Source: an uncultured delta proteobacterium
GTDB lineage: Bacteria; Desulfobacterota; Binatia; UBA9968
Assembly: GCA_963745835.1 (NCBI GenBank)
Contig: CAVUZH010000013.1
Location: forward strand, 768,001-832,000
Reading direction: 5' to 3'
Length of the DNA stretch: 64,000 nucleotides
The notes below the pieces were generated by a model that saw only the letters and a list, made by a program, of their open reading frames with translations, searched no databases and was not told where the DNA came from. Of the stretch, positions 1 to 13,047 are shown one piece after another (the first letter of the stretch is position 1; each line of letters begins with the position of its first letter). The translations under genes and the position numbers were made by a program.

Positions 1-1
1 C

Positions 2-124
2 CCCGCCCCGCCAGTCACCATTCACTGTAACGAAGAAACCGCACGCGATCTGCTACGAACCGCAGAATTACACTGTCAGAGCGCAGTGCAAAAAATTGAA
101 CAGGCGCTCACTACATCTCCATAG
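2..124 (+). CDS. 3' end of a small hypothetical protein (partial, runs off the window)
   Basis: Open frame PAPPVTIHCNEETARDLLRTAELHCQSAVQKIEQALTTSP ending in TAG at 122-124; protein-like composition only. Confidence 0.4.
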   Translation, partial: PAPPVTIHCNEETARDLLRTAELHCQSAVQKIEQALTTSP

Positions 125-883
125 CCCCCTCGTTCGAGCACGTATTTGACTCATAGTCGTTCCCGGCGTATATAGCTGCGCCATTCATGCAGCGCATCAC
201 ACGACAGCAAAGCAGTAAAAATCGCACCTACGACAATGGTGAAGGCATTGACTTCGTTCGCTGCCTTATCTGCAGCAAACACCTGCGCGTAATCAGTGGC
301 CGACATCTTTCAACGCATGGCACTGATCGTGAAACCTACATCGAGGAGTACGCGCTCAGCCCGGACCAACTCTGCTCCAAAACCTTTCGTGTAAATCATA
401 GTTCACGATCCGACTACTGTGCGCACAGCAGGCGCGAATGGATCGCTGCGATGAAGGCCGTCTATAAGCAGCACGGCAACGTCCTTGCTGGATACCTGCG
501 AGACAACCTTCCACATCTTTATAACCAAGGGGTGTGGCTATTCGGTGACTGGGACAAAGCTCTCAGTGCAGCGGGGTTCGCGCCAGAGCAGATGCGCATG
601 TGGGCTTTTTGGGATTAGGCAAAACTTATCACCCAGGTACAAGAGCTGAGAAAACGACATTCACCACTGTACGCCAAGTACGTCCTGAAGAATCATAAGA
701 AGCTGTTCTCTGCTGCGCTACGTCACTTCGGGTCATGGGAAAAGGGTCTACTTGCTGCTGGCATTGAGATTCCAAAGTACACGTATGGAAGTCGGCTCGG
801 AATATTAAGAGCATTGGACGACGCTGTACACGGGTATCCAAAAAAGGCTGTTCCTGCGCCGCTTAAATCGTCGGCGATTTATT

Positions 884-892
884 ACTTCGGCA
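884..892. repeat. 9-bp target site duplication (second copy 2218-2226)
   Basis: ACTTCGGCA directly flanks both TIRs. Confidence 0.96.
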
Positions 893-910
893 CACTAATG
901 TCCGGACGTT
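893..910. repeat. Left terminal inverted repeat of IS4 element
   Basis: Exact reverse complement of 2200-2217. Confidence 0.97.
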
Positions 911-1034
911 GATGAGGCCGAATTCTGTAATTGCCTGATTTGAAATAGATAACTCATGATTTGGTCTGGTCTCGATTTGAATTTTGAACCGCCCTTTTGC
1001 CACCCTGCGGGCAACACACTCGCAGGAGGTCCGG

Positions 1035-2201
1035 ATGCACGAGGGCAAGCTGGTGTTCGCCCAGGTCACTGGGCATCTGCCGCTAACTACGTTTGGGCGT
1101 TGCGTGGCACGCTACGGCGGGAGCCACAAGATCAAGAGCTTTTCTTGTCTCGATCAGTATCTCTGTATGGCATTTGCCCAGCTGACTTATCGAGAGAGCT
1201 TGCGCGATATCGAAGCGTGTCTGCGTGCTCAACAAAGCAAGCTCTACCACATGGGGATCAAGAGCCGAGTTTCGCGCAGCACTCTGGCCGACGCCAACGA
1301 GAGTCGCGACTGGCGCATCTATGCCGACTTTGCCCAGTCGCTGATTGGGATTGCCCGCCGCCTCTATGCCACAGAACCGTTCGGCGTCGATCTCAACGAT
1401 ACGGTCTACGCTCTGGATGCCAGCACGATCGATCTGTGTCTTTCGGTGTTTCCCTGGGCGCCGTTTCGCTCGACCAAGGCAGCCGTCAAATTGCACACTC
1501 TCTTGGATTTGCGTGGCAACATTCCTTCGTTCCTGCATATCAGCGATGGCAAACTGCACGACGTCAACGTTCTCGATCTGTTGCTGCCCGAGCCCGGCGC
1601 TTTCTACATCATGGATCGAGGCTACATCGACTTCGATCGGCTTTATCAATTGCACGAGGCCAAATGTTTCTTTGTCATCCGGGCCAAGTCCAATCTCAAA
1701 GCCCAGCGGCGCTACTCGCATCCTATCGATCGCAGCACTGGCTTGATTTGCGATCAGACTGTCGTGCTGACAGGCTTTTACTCCAAACAAGATTTCGACA
1801 CGCCGCTTCGTCGAGTCCGCTTCAAAGATCCTATGACCGGCAAAGGTTTGGTGTTCCTCACCAACAATTTCACCTTGCCAGCATTGACCATCACCGAGCT
1901 GTATCGCTGCCGCTGGCAAGTCGAATTGTTTTTCAAATGGATCAAGCAACATTTGCGTCTCAAAGTTTTCTACGGAACCACCGAGAACGCAGTCAAAACA
2001 CAAATCTGGATCGCTGTGTCGGTTTACGTGCTCGTGGCGATCATCAAAAAAAGACTCAATCTCTCGGCCAGCTTGTATGAAATATTACAGATCTTGAGCT
2101 TGACCATGTTCGAACGAATTCCGTTAGATCAACTACTTAGCAAAATTGTCACCGAGCAAAATTACGCGCTTTCACTTAATCAACTGAATTTGTTCAACTA
2201 A
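1035..2201 (+). CDS. IS4 family transposase (DUF4372-like N-terminus + DDE domain)
   Basis: GGAGG RBS before ATG 1035; motifs LDASTIDL, MDRGY, YRCRWQVELFFKWIKQ (IS4 YREK signature); stop overlaps right TIR. Confidence 0.96.
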   Translation: MHEGKLVFAQVTGHLPLTTFGRCVARYGGSHKIKSFSCLDQYLCMAFAQLTYRESLRDIEACLRAQQSKLYHMGIKSRVSRSTLADANESRDWRIYADFAQSLIGIARRLYATEPFGVDLNDTVYALDASTIDLCLSVFPWAPFRSTKAAVKLHTLLDLRGNIPSFLHISDGKLHDVNVLDLLLPEPGAFYIMDRGYIDFDRLYQLHEAKCFFVIRAKSNLKAQRRYSHPIDRSTGLICDQTVVLTGFYSKQDFDTPLRRVRFKDPMTGKGLVFLTNNFTLPALTITELYRCRWQVELFFKWIKQHLRLKVFYGTTENAVKTQIWIAVSVYVLVAIIKKRLNLSASLYEILQILSLTMFERIPLDQLLSKIVTEQNYALSLNQLNLFN

Positions 2202-2217
2202 CGTCCGGACATTAGTG
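2200..2217. repeat. Right terminal inverted repeat of IS4 element
   Basis: Exact reverse complement of 893-910. Confidence 0.97.
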
Positions 2218-2765
2218 ACTTCGGCAGTTTGCAAAAAGCCAGCGTTGCAGCAAAAAGAGAACGGGCTACGTCACCCAAGGGCAGGATTACAACAGCGCTT
2301 TCTCGGATGCACAGGGGGAAGCAATGCTTGGCATACACCAAGGTACGCCGTGACCATCTGCCGCTGGTGCGTGCCGCCGAGAAGCAGTTCGGGAATTGGG
2401 GTAAGGCGCTGTATGCCGCGGGGATTGACCCAAACTTGTATTATGTTCGTCACAAGTGGCGCAGAGCGATACCCCAACCTACCTAGCTCCTCGGTGCTCG
2501 GTGCCGTGAAGAAGGAGTTGGTGGTTACGTATCAATTGCCGAAAAGGTGGGCCTCCTACCGGCTAAGTCACGTGTAAAAAGGGTATGCCTGAAGGCTTCT
2601 GCCGATGTGAGAGGTCTTCGTAGTAGTAACCAATTGAAGACCGTATCACGCCGCTGCGCATTGTTAGGTTCTCACGCCTCGACCATCATTTGACAACGGA
2701 TAGCGAATCCCGCCGATGGTCGCGCACTCGCGTCCGCTACGAGTTCTTGTCGGAAGGTGGTGCTT

Positions 2766-3390
2766 ATGAAACTCTCTGTTGCCGCCGCTATTCTATTACT
2801 ACTTACACTCCTGAAGACGAAGTCATCGGCTGATCTGCTCAATCTCTCAAGCCGGGTATTGTGGGAATCGGGGATGATGTGATGATAGCGGGCTTTGTGA
2901 TTGGGCGGAACTACATCGGTTCCAGTTCTAATACGCGGGCGTGGTCCGTCATTGAGTGGAGCACCGTTTTCTGTCCCGGGGACCTTGGGCAACCCTTTGT
3001 TGCAGATTTTTTCCGGTCAGTCGCTCATAGCAAATAACGATGATTGGCAGCAAAATCAGCAGCACGAAATATTTGCGACGGGCTTAGACCCATGTCGTCC
3101 AAATCCAGGCCAATCGTCCGCTCCACCTTCCTGTACGCCGGAAGCAGCAATTCTTGTCACACTGCCGCCCGGAGCTTACACCGTGATTCTTAGTGGGGTC
3201 GGGGGGTGGAACTGGAGTGGCGTTAGTGGAGGTATACGAACTCACAGGTGGAGTGACCACACCGCCGAGCATCACTGGCGTCTATACGGGTTCAATAAGC
3301 CTGGGAACTCTCTTACAATCCATTTCTCTGGTCAAGTTACTGGCCGGTGACACGTGCGCTGTCGAAGGAGATCTATCGGCGAGCCGATAA
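2766..3390 (+). pseudogene. Frameshifted secreted protein with an 'LxNLSSRxxVGxGDDVMIAGFVIGG...GVALVEVYEL' extracellular domain
   Basis: Signal-peptide-like MKLSVAAAILLLL at 2766; domain can be rebuilt across three single-base indels (about 2860, 2903-2905 and the G6 run 3201-3206); VLIRGRGPSL, NDDWQ and LPPGAYTVIL motifs. Confidence 0.65.
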
Positions 3391-3599
3391 ATCTGGATTC
3401 TAGGGTGACCACATCACAGGCTATAGCCTCGGGCTTAGGAGAGATATGCTAGACCCACAGAAAAACTCGAACGTGAAGCACTGCTGAGACGCATCCGCGA
3501 ACTCGAGGAACTCCATAACTCTAACGGGCTTACAATGTAGAAGCGGGCTACGACGGCTTTCCCCTGTGTGGAATGAAATGCTGCGGGATCACAGTACAG

Positions 3600-4770
3600 T
3601 TATAAGAGAGAGCCGCAATCCATATTCTGGTCTTCGTTTGCCTTTTGATTTAGATAACATCTATCCCGTATGACTTTGATAATTCTGTTGGCCATCTCTG
3701 CATGACCCTTCGCTGTTAGATGCAGATCAAGTCGATACGAGAAATCTTGACCTCCAGGCAAGTCGAGAATGAGAAATGCGGCTACTGCCTCTGGCCTACC
3801 AAGGCTTGCTAGGAGCTGCCGGCTAAGATCTGCGGACCAACGCAGTCCCAATAGGAGCACCATTATACTTCTAGGCTTTAGTTGTTGCTTTTGGACCAGG
3901 TTTTCTAACCCGGCTTTAAAAGAGTAAAAGAAATAGAATGGCTCCTCGCTCATGTCGCCCCCATTGGCTGGCGCTGAATTAGAAATTAAACCAAGCTTTT
4001 TCAGGATCGACCCCTTAATACCATAGTGTAGGCTTTTAAAGATCGACCTACGTACAATGCTCAGGATCCCAATCGTATGCTTGCCAACGTAGTATCCTAC
4101 TTGGTTCAAATGCTCTTTCTGAACGGTCTCATAACGCTTATCGCTACTTATCGGTAACGCATTTCCAAATTCAAAGAACTTGTGGTTTTCAACAAAATCA
4201 TTGGACGAATACTGTACGATGATTGTTTCTAACCTGGTAATATCGACGCGCTCCGCAATCTTAAATTCTCTGACTGTCCCATATGAAGAGACAGCTAAAT
4301 TCAAAACCGTCTTGCCAGTCCCCTTCTCAATCCTGTGAGCGAACGTATCCTGATCATTTGACGCCCCATCCCATAGCAGTGGAGTCCCCAAGAACAACGA
4401 TTTGAGGTGAGCGTAGTGAGTTCTCATCGTCTCGGACCCCCAGTGAATTAGCAGTTACAACAGTGTCAAACTCTCTGCCAATAAATCGGCAGGAACCAGG
4501 TCGTAAGGTGTATGTAAGTTCATCGTCATACTTAGAACACCCCGGTAAATATTGTATAGAAGGTTGATCTTCCGCATAGTAATATTCTCTCAAGATCGGC
4601 AACATAGATCTCGGAACATGCGACGGGTACCGCAGCATCAATTCAAAAGTAGCTTCTGTCACACTGACAGTGATAGCTCCAATCACCACGACAGATACAA
4701 TGAATCTTGCTGCCGAGCGCCAATTGAAGGAAAGTTGAACCAGCAAGATTGCCGAAAGCCATTTCTTCAT
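3600..4770 (-). pseudogene. SGNH/GDSL hydrolase-like membrane-anchored protein, split by a +1 frameshift
   Basis: 4354..4770 ends VLGDSTAMGWGV; removing one base at 4357-4359 continues as NDQDTFAHR...NLAVSSYG...SSND...DLHLTAKGH in 3600..4427. Confidence 0.8.
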
Positions 4771-5127
4771 GCCTTAAAACCTCCCGCGGCCGTCGTATCC
4801 GGCTCCTCCTCGCGTGTGTTCGCTGGGATTGTGAGCGAAGAATTTAAACTTCTACGGTAAACCCCACGCTGTGCCGCAAGATTGACCATCGTTCTAGTCG
4901 CAGTAACACCGAAGCACGATAATACTGGCTGGTGAGTGCCCGATTTACTAGGGCTGCGGCGGCGCTGTGAACCTTTACACCAGTCGTCAGATAGAAAAGC
5001 AAGGTGAAATCGCACCGTTTTAGAGATTTTTTCCAACCAAGTTGCAAAGTTCGATTATCGCGCACAAGCTCAAATCTGGCATAATCCAGTTGACGTGTTC
5101 GTTTTAGTGATTGAGTATCTGCGGTTG

Positions 5128-5784
5128 ATGCCGAGATACATCCATACACTTCGCTGTCTTGTGCTGACCTTCGCTGTGATCCTTTTCGCCACCTCACCTG
5201 CTTACCCCTGGGGCACCAAAGGTCACGAAATCATCGCCGCTATCGCCGAGCCACAACTCACCAACACCGCACGCAAACGCATCAAAGAGCTTCTTCCGCA
5301 AGGCACGACATTAGCCGACGCATCGACCTGGCCGGACAAGGCGGGTCGGCAGATACCTGACATGGATGCTTATCACTTCATCAACTTCCCCAAGGACGCG
5401 AACACATACGACCAGCAGCGCGATTGCAAACTGCGCAACTGCATCATTGAGGCTATCGCTTGGTATTTGCAGGTGTTGAAATCGCCCGATGCACCACGCA
5501 ACGAGAAGCGCACTGCACTGCGATTCGTCGCTCACTTGGTTGGCGACATTCATCAGCCGCTTCATGCCGGGTTCGCTGAGGATCGTGGCGGCAACAGCGT
5601 TGAAGTACGCTTCAATGGCAGGAAAGAAAACCTGCATTCGCTATGGGACACGGCTTTGGTTGAGCTAGAGCAAAGGGACGCCCACAGAGATCGCAGCGCG
5701 AATCCAAGCTGTGGTAACCGAGGAGGATCGGCAGCAATGGCGGCAAGGAACACCGGCAGAGTGGGCGGCGAGGGCCTTGCTTGA
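5128..5784 (+). pseudogene. S1/P1 nuclease, frameshifted and 3'-truncated
   Basis: Signal peptide then WGTKGH, WPD, HFIN, HLVGDIHQPLH, NLHSLWD; +1 shift at CAAA 5671-5674 (alternate frame GTPTEIAARI...WRQGTPAEWAA); C-terminal helices missing. Confidence 0.85.
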
Positions 5785-6297
5785 GCTGCTTTGTTTATAG
5801 ACGTGCGTTTGCCTCGTGGCATGTTGAGTCTCCTTTTGGTTGGGAAAGCCTTCTTGTTTTTGCGGCGTGTCCGTGTAGGAACCATTAAATAGACCTATGC
5901 CGGGGGGGTGAGCCCAACACCCCTCACCCCTTCAGGAGCGTGGTAGTAATCGAACCGGAACCGTTTCGGTTTATGCGGGATTCAGCGGGTAGATTGAGGG
6001 ATGTTTCGGGATGGATGAGCAAGTGCCATAAACAAGAAAAGCACTGTATCTCCCGATGGATACTAGCGCTTTCGATTGCCGGACTTTTTGATCAACTTGG
6101 GTTCGATTCCCGTTGGGACCACCACTTTTCCCGCATACTTAGAACCAGCGCCAAAAAAGGTCTACGCAAAAGTCTCCGTCCCTCTGTGGTTACGTCGTTT
6201 TCTTGCTCCGATTGTGCGGGTTGGTTACTCGCAACGTAAGCCCGTAAGAGGGCATCGCCTAATCAGTAGCCCATTATCTTGATACTCAAGTGGGAAA

Positions 6298-6473
6298 CTA
6301 GTGTGGTGTCTCTAAAGTTCGCTACATAATTCAATCGTCATTCCGGGCAAGCTGGCGATAGCTAGCGCGACCCGGAATCCAGGAAATTCGAGGAAATCTG
6401 CATTCTCGCTTCCGCGGGAATGACGCATTAAGGTGCTTGAGTTATTCATCGAACTTGTGAATCAGGACACTAG
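6298..6473. mobile_element. MITE-like element with CTAG ends and an internal GTCATTCC...GGAATGAC palindromic repeat
   Basis: Imperfect TIRs CTAGTGTGGTGTCTCTAAAGTTCG / revcomp CTAGTGTCCTGATTCACAAGTTCG (23/32 match by manual count); inner nested hairpin 6336-6425. Confidence 0.6.
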
Positions 6474-6524
6474 CATCCCTTTTTTAAAACTCTCAGTTCA
6501 GCCGCCTAAAACTTTTAACTTCGA

Positions 6525-10219
<3,695 letters not shown>

Positions 10220-10223
<4 letters not shown>

Positions 10224-11203
10224 CTCTTCGCCTTCCTTGGGGCTGATATATTCTTCAAGCTTACGCGGGCGACGAAAATTTCCACCGGCTGATTACCATT
10301 ACGAAGCATCCTTTCACCGGCATACGAACCGGTGAGCTCATAATCGACCGCTTCCGCTCCCGCAGCACGAAATAAATCTTCAATGGTTTTGTGATCAAAG
10401 CCAAGCCATCGATGCGCCATCTCCTGGCGCATCCATTCTTGCTTATGTTGCACCAAGTCGACCAGAACAATCGATCCACCCGGCCGTACGATCCGGCAAA
10501 GCTCCGCAATGGCTTTCTGTGGATCCGCCAGGAAGTGCAGCACCATGACGCAGAAGGCCGAATCCACGCTATGCGTCGGAATCGGCAGCCTCAACGCATC
10601 GCCGAGACGCAGGTCGACGTTCGCTAGTTTTTTTTCCTTGGCCAGTTCACCGGCGCGACGTAACATCTCCTGCGAGAGATCGACACCGATGACTTTTCTC
10701 GCAAATCGCGCCAGTTCAAACGTGAGACTGCCGGTGCCGCAGCCGACATCGGCCAAAACCAGGTTTCGCGGCAGCAGCTTTTCAATGGCCAGGGAGGCGA
10801 CCCGATCGTCGAAATAGCTTTTACGAATTCTCTCCCAATCGCCGGCCACAGTTTCGAAATAATCGCGCGAGCGGCTCACCTTCCGACGCCGGCAGTTTTC
10901 AAGCCGAGCGCGATCGCCTTTGCCTTCCGGCAGATCTTTAATCCGCTCACGTAATGATTTGAATAGTTCCTGCGCCGGCGCCGGCATATCGCGGCGCGCT
11001 GAGAAATAAACGTTGGTGCCTTCCTTACGGTCCTGGATGAAACCCGCCTCGCGCAGAATCGCCAGATTGCGCGATACGGACGACTGCACCGAGCCGACGA
11101 TTTCTTGCACTTCGCCGACGGTCAACTCTTCTTGAGAAACCGCGGCGAGAACGCGCAAGCGCAACGGATCCCCCAATGCTTTGATAGTTCGGACAATATC
11201 CAT
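10220..11203 (-). CDS. ArsR-family HTH + class I methyltransferase fusion (SahR-like methionine-cycle regulator)
   Basis: [10 protein letters not shown]...[18 protein letters not shown]; [10 protein letters not shown] motif; 4-bp overlap with metH start. Confidence 0.88.
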
Positions 11204-11228
11204 ACCGGCAGCTCGAATAGATATCGCA

Positions 11229-11248
11229 ATATATAGATTATTAGATAT
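11229..11248. promoter_or_regulatory. Candidate SahR-type operator (imperfect 20-bp ATATC...ATAT palindrome)
   Basis: Minus strand ATATCTAATAATCTATATAT about 25 bp upstream of the regulator ATG; AT-rich island in GC-rich context. Confidence 0.45.
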
Positions 11249-11337
11249 TTGCGCAAGACGATGCCAATTTCCGCGCAATTCGGAGCCATTCCACCGCGCT
11301 GCGCTTGATCGGAATTTGGAGAGCGTCGAAATATGAC

Positions 11338-11919
11338 TTATCGAATCTTCTGAGTGAAAATACCGGCGCGAAATGCCTCCCCTTCGCCGTCGGTGTACTT
11401 GCCTTCCCGATAGCAGAGAACTCGGAAGCTACGGAAGTGTTCCAACAGTTCGTTGTGATTCAATAAGTAGGCGGGATTTTTCGGATGGCCGATCGCCTGT
11501 TGATCGATCACGTAGGTTTCAAAAATGATGTGCCCCTGGGGCTTGAGTGCTCTTTGGATCTGAGGAAACAATGAGCGCTGCAGATAATTGAAATTCACAA
11601 TCAGGTCGTAGACGGCAGTGGGGAGTTCAATTTGCTCCAAGTCCGCCTGGTGCCATGTTATCTCAAGCGACTTTTCCTCTGCGCGCCGACGCGCCTCTTC
11701 AAGAGCGATTGTTGAAATGTCGATGCCAACCACCTTAAAGTCCATTTCGGCCAGGAAAATTGCGTTACGACCTTTTCCCGCTGCGACATCTAGAGCTAGT
11801 CCGCGGGAGATGTGCCAGGCATCACTCTCGAGAATCTGCCTTAGATAACTCGATGGCCGATCGGCGCCAGCCGATGACGAATGTTGACGGTCCCATCTGG
11901 TTTGATCATCCGAGGACAT
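11338..11919 (-). CDS. Class I SAM-dependent methyltransferase (TehB-like)
   Basis: ALDVAAGKGRNAIFLA, GIDIS, YLQRSLF, HPKNPAYLL. Confidence 0.88.
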   Translation of the reverse strand: MSSDDQTRWDRQHSSSAGADRPSSYLRQILESDAWHISRGLALDVAAGKGRNAIFLAEMDFKVVGIDISTIALEEARRRAEEKSLEITWHQADLEQIELPTAVYDLIVNFNYLQRSLFPQIQRALKPQGHIIFETYVIDQQAIGHPKNPAYLLNHNELLEHFRSFRVLCYREGKYTDGEGEAFRAGIFTQKIR

Positions 11920-12083
11920 AAAGGGCTATGAAATGTTCCAACGGTTGAATCGTTCAATCTGTTCAAGCCGTATGAGTCGAGCCCGGAGAGAAATCATCTC
12001 TTCCTGGGTTCCAATCCATTTAGACGATCTGACCTGTACAACAATCCAAAATCCTCTTTTGCTTTAATTATCACGCGCTGGCT

Positions 12084-12208
12084 GCAGGTTACTCAAAAAG
12101 ACTTAGAGGCGAGGCTCGCGAAAATAGATGAGGTGAGGCGTACGTGTTAGTACGTTGAAGCGAATCGATTGAGCGAAACGAAGCATATGAGTCTTTTCAG
12201 CAACCTGC
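12084..12208. mobile_element. About 125-bp MITE-like repeat, copy 1
   Basis: TIR GCAGGTTACTCAAAAAGACT ... AGTCTTTTCAGCAACCTGC; its reverse complement aligns along the full length with 48690-48809. Confidence 0.75.
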
Positions 12209-12209
12209 A

Positions 12210-12977
12210 TTAATACACTGCGCGCGCGAGAGTAAGCACAAAAACCTCGCGCGCCCCACCCTGTTTCAACACACGGCTGCACTCGTTCACCGTGGCGCCG
12301 GAAGTATACACGTCATCGACTAGCAGCAAGCATTTACCTTTCACTGCGGTTTTTCCCGACAGGGCAAACGCGCCCCGCATGTTTTTTCTTCGCTCTTCTT
12401 CCGGCAATTGCGTTTGCGGCGGCGTGTCCATCTTTCGGTAAAGCGCAAAGCAATCTAGCGGAAGATTGTAGGCGCGACCAATCTGGCGCGCCAGCAACAC
12501 GGATTGATTAAAGCCGCGCCAGCGCAGTCGCCTGGGATGCAGCGGCACAGGAATAATAATATCTGCCTTGCATGTTAGAAGAAATTCTTCACAGCCGCGC
12601 GCCATCAGCCGTCCCAAAGGCTTGCCCAGTGCGACCTTGCGGCCATACTTGAATTTTTGAATCACTTGCCGGAGCGGATGCTCTGTCGCTTCTTCTCGTG
12701 GATAGCAGGCCCAGGAATGGGCCCGGGCATACTGTGGATTGCGCGCGAGGCAAACTCCGCAGACATGATCATCTCCGCTCGAATCTGGAAATGGCCGGCC
12801 ACAAATCGTACAGAACGGATGCGCAACAAGCTGAATTTGCGGCCAACAGGCGGAACAGAAGTATTCGCGATCACACCCCTGGATCGACTCGCTGCACGCT
12901 CGGCAGCGCGGCGGATAAAGCCAATCCACCAGTGAGTCCAAGCGCTCGGCAAAAGATGGATGGCATTGAGGTTTCAT
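12210..12977 (-). CDS. comF: ComF family protein (double zinc ribbon + phosphoribosyltransferase)
   Basis: CxxC pairs; PVPLH, RGFNQS, LLVDDVYTSGAT. Confidence 0.92.
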   Translation of the reverse strand: MKPQCHPSFAERLDSLVDWLYPPRCRACSESIQGCDREYFCSACWPQIQLVAHPFCTICGRPFPDSSGDDHVCGVCLARNPQYARAHSWACYPREEATEHPLRQVIQKFKYGRKVALGKPLGRLMARGCEEFLLTCKADIIIPVPLHPRRLRWRGFNQSVLLARQIGRAYNLPLDCFALYRKMDTPPQTQLPEEERRKNMRGAFALSGKTAVKGKCLLLVDDVYTSGATVNECSRVLKQGGAREVFVLTLARAVY

Positions 12978-13047
12978 GGCCCCGCCACTCTACAAAACGA
13001 TCTCGTAATCAGGCAAGACCGTCGTGAGAGCAGCGCTTGAAATCCTG

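Larger units (their letters stand above)
893..2217 (+). mobile_element. Complete IS4-family insertion sequence (1325 bp)
   Basis: Perfect 18-bp terminal inverted repeats CACTAATGTCCGGACGTT / AACGTCCGGACATTAGTG, flanking 9-bp direct repeat ACTTCGGCA, single DDE transposase ORF. Confidence 0.97.
187..2486 (+). pseudogene. Ros/MucR-like zinc-finger protein with tandem 'homing endonuclease associated'-type repeats; disrupted by an in-frame TAG and an IS4 insertion
   Basis: CLIC-x10-HLSTH motif; frame stays open after TAG 616-618 up to 891; removing IS 893-2217 plus one TSD copy rejoins in frame to 2229..2486; repeats FGDWDKALSAAG, FGSWEKGLLAAG, FGSLQKASVAAK, FGNWGKALYAAG. Confidence 0.85.

Noticed and set aside
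616-618. Genome-wide TAG recoding (pyrrolysine or Gln), suggested by in-frame TAGs here and at 31989
   Set aside because: Conserved genes end at TAG at their expected lengths (rplU, rpmA, infA, rpsM), so TAG is a normal stop; no pyl genes in the window.
956-2080. 374-aa plus-strand and 306-aa minus-strand (1083..2003) ORFs overlapping the transposase
   Set aside because: Alternate-frame shadows of the IS4 transposase with no recognisable motifs.
3436-3540. AGGAGA-ATG followed by a coiled-coil-like peptide (EKLEREALLRRIRELEEL) in a shifted frame
   Set aside because: Possibly another frameshifted remnant, but too short to support without a homology search.
5905-5930. GGGGTGAG/CTCACCCC hairpin
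   Set aside because: Single 8-bp stem, no U tail and no second copy seen; cannot be assigned.
5940-6282. ORFs 5940..6239 and 6076..6282
   Set aside because: No motifs, mutually overlapping and in decayed DNA; not supportable as genes.
11204-11337. SAM or cobalamin riboswitch upstream of the regulator-metH unit
   Set aside because: No recognisable SAM-I or B12-box consensus and the leader is short; a protein operator is more plausible.
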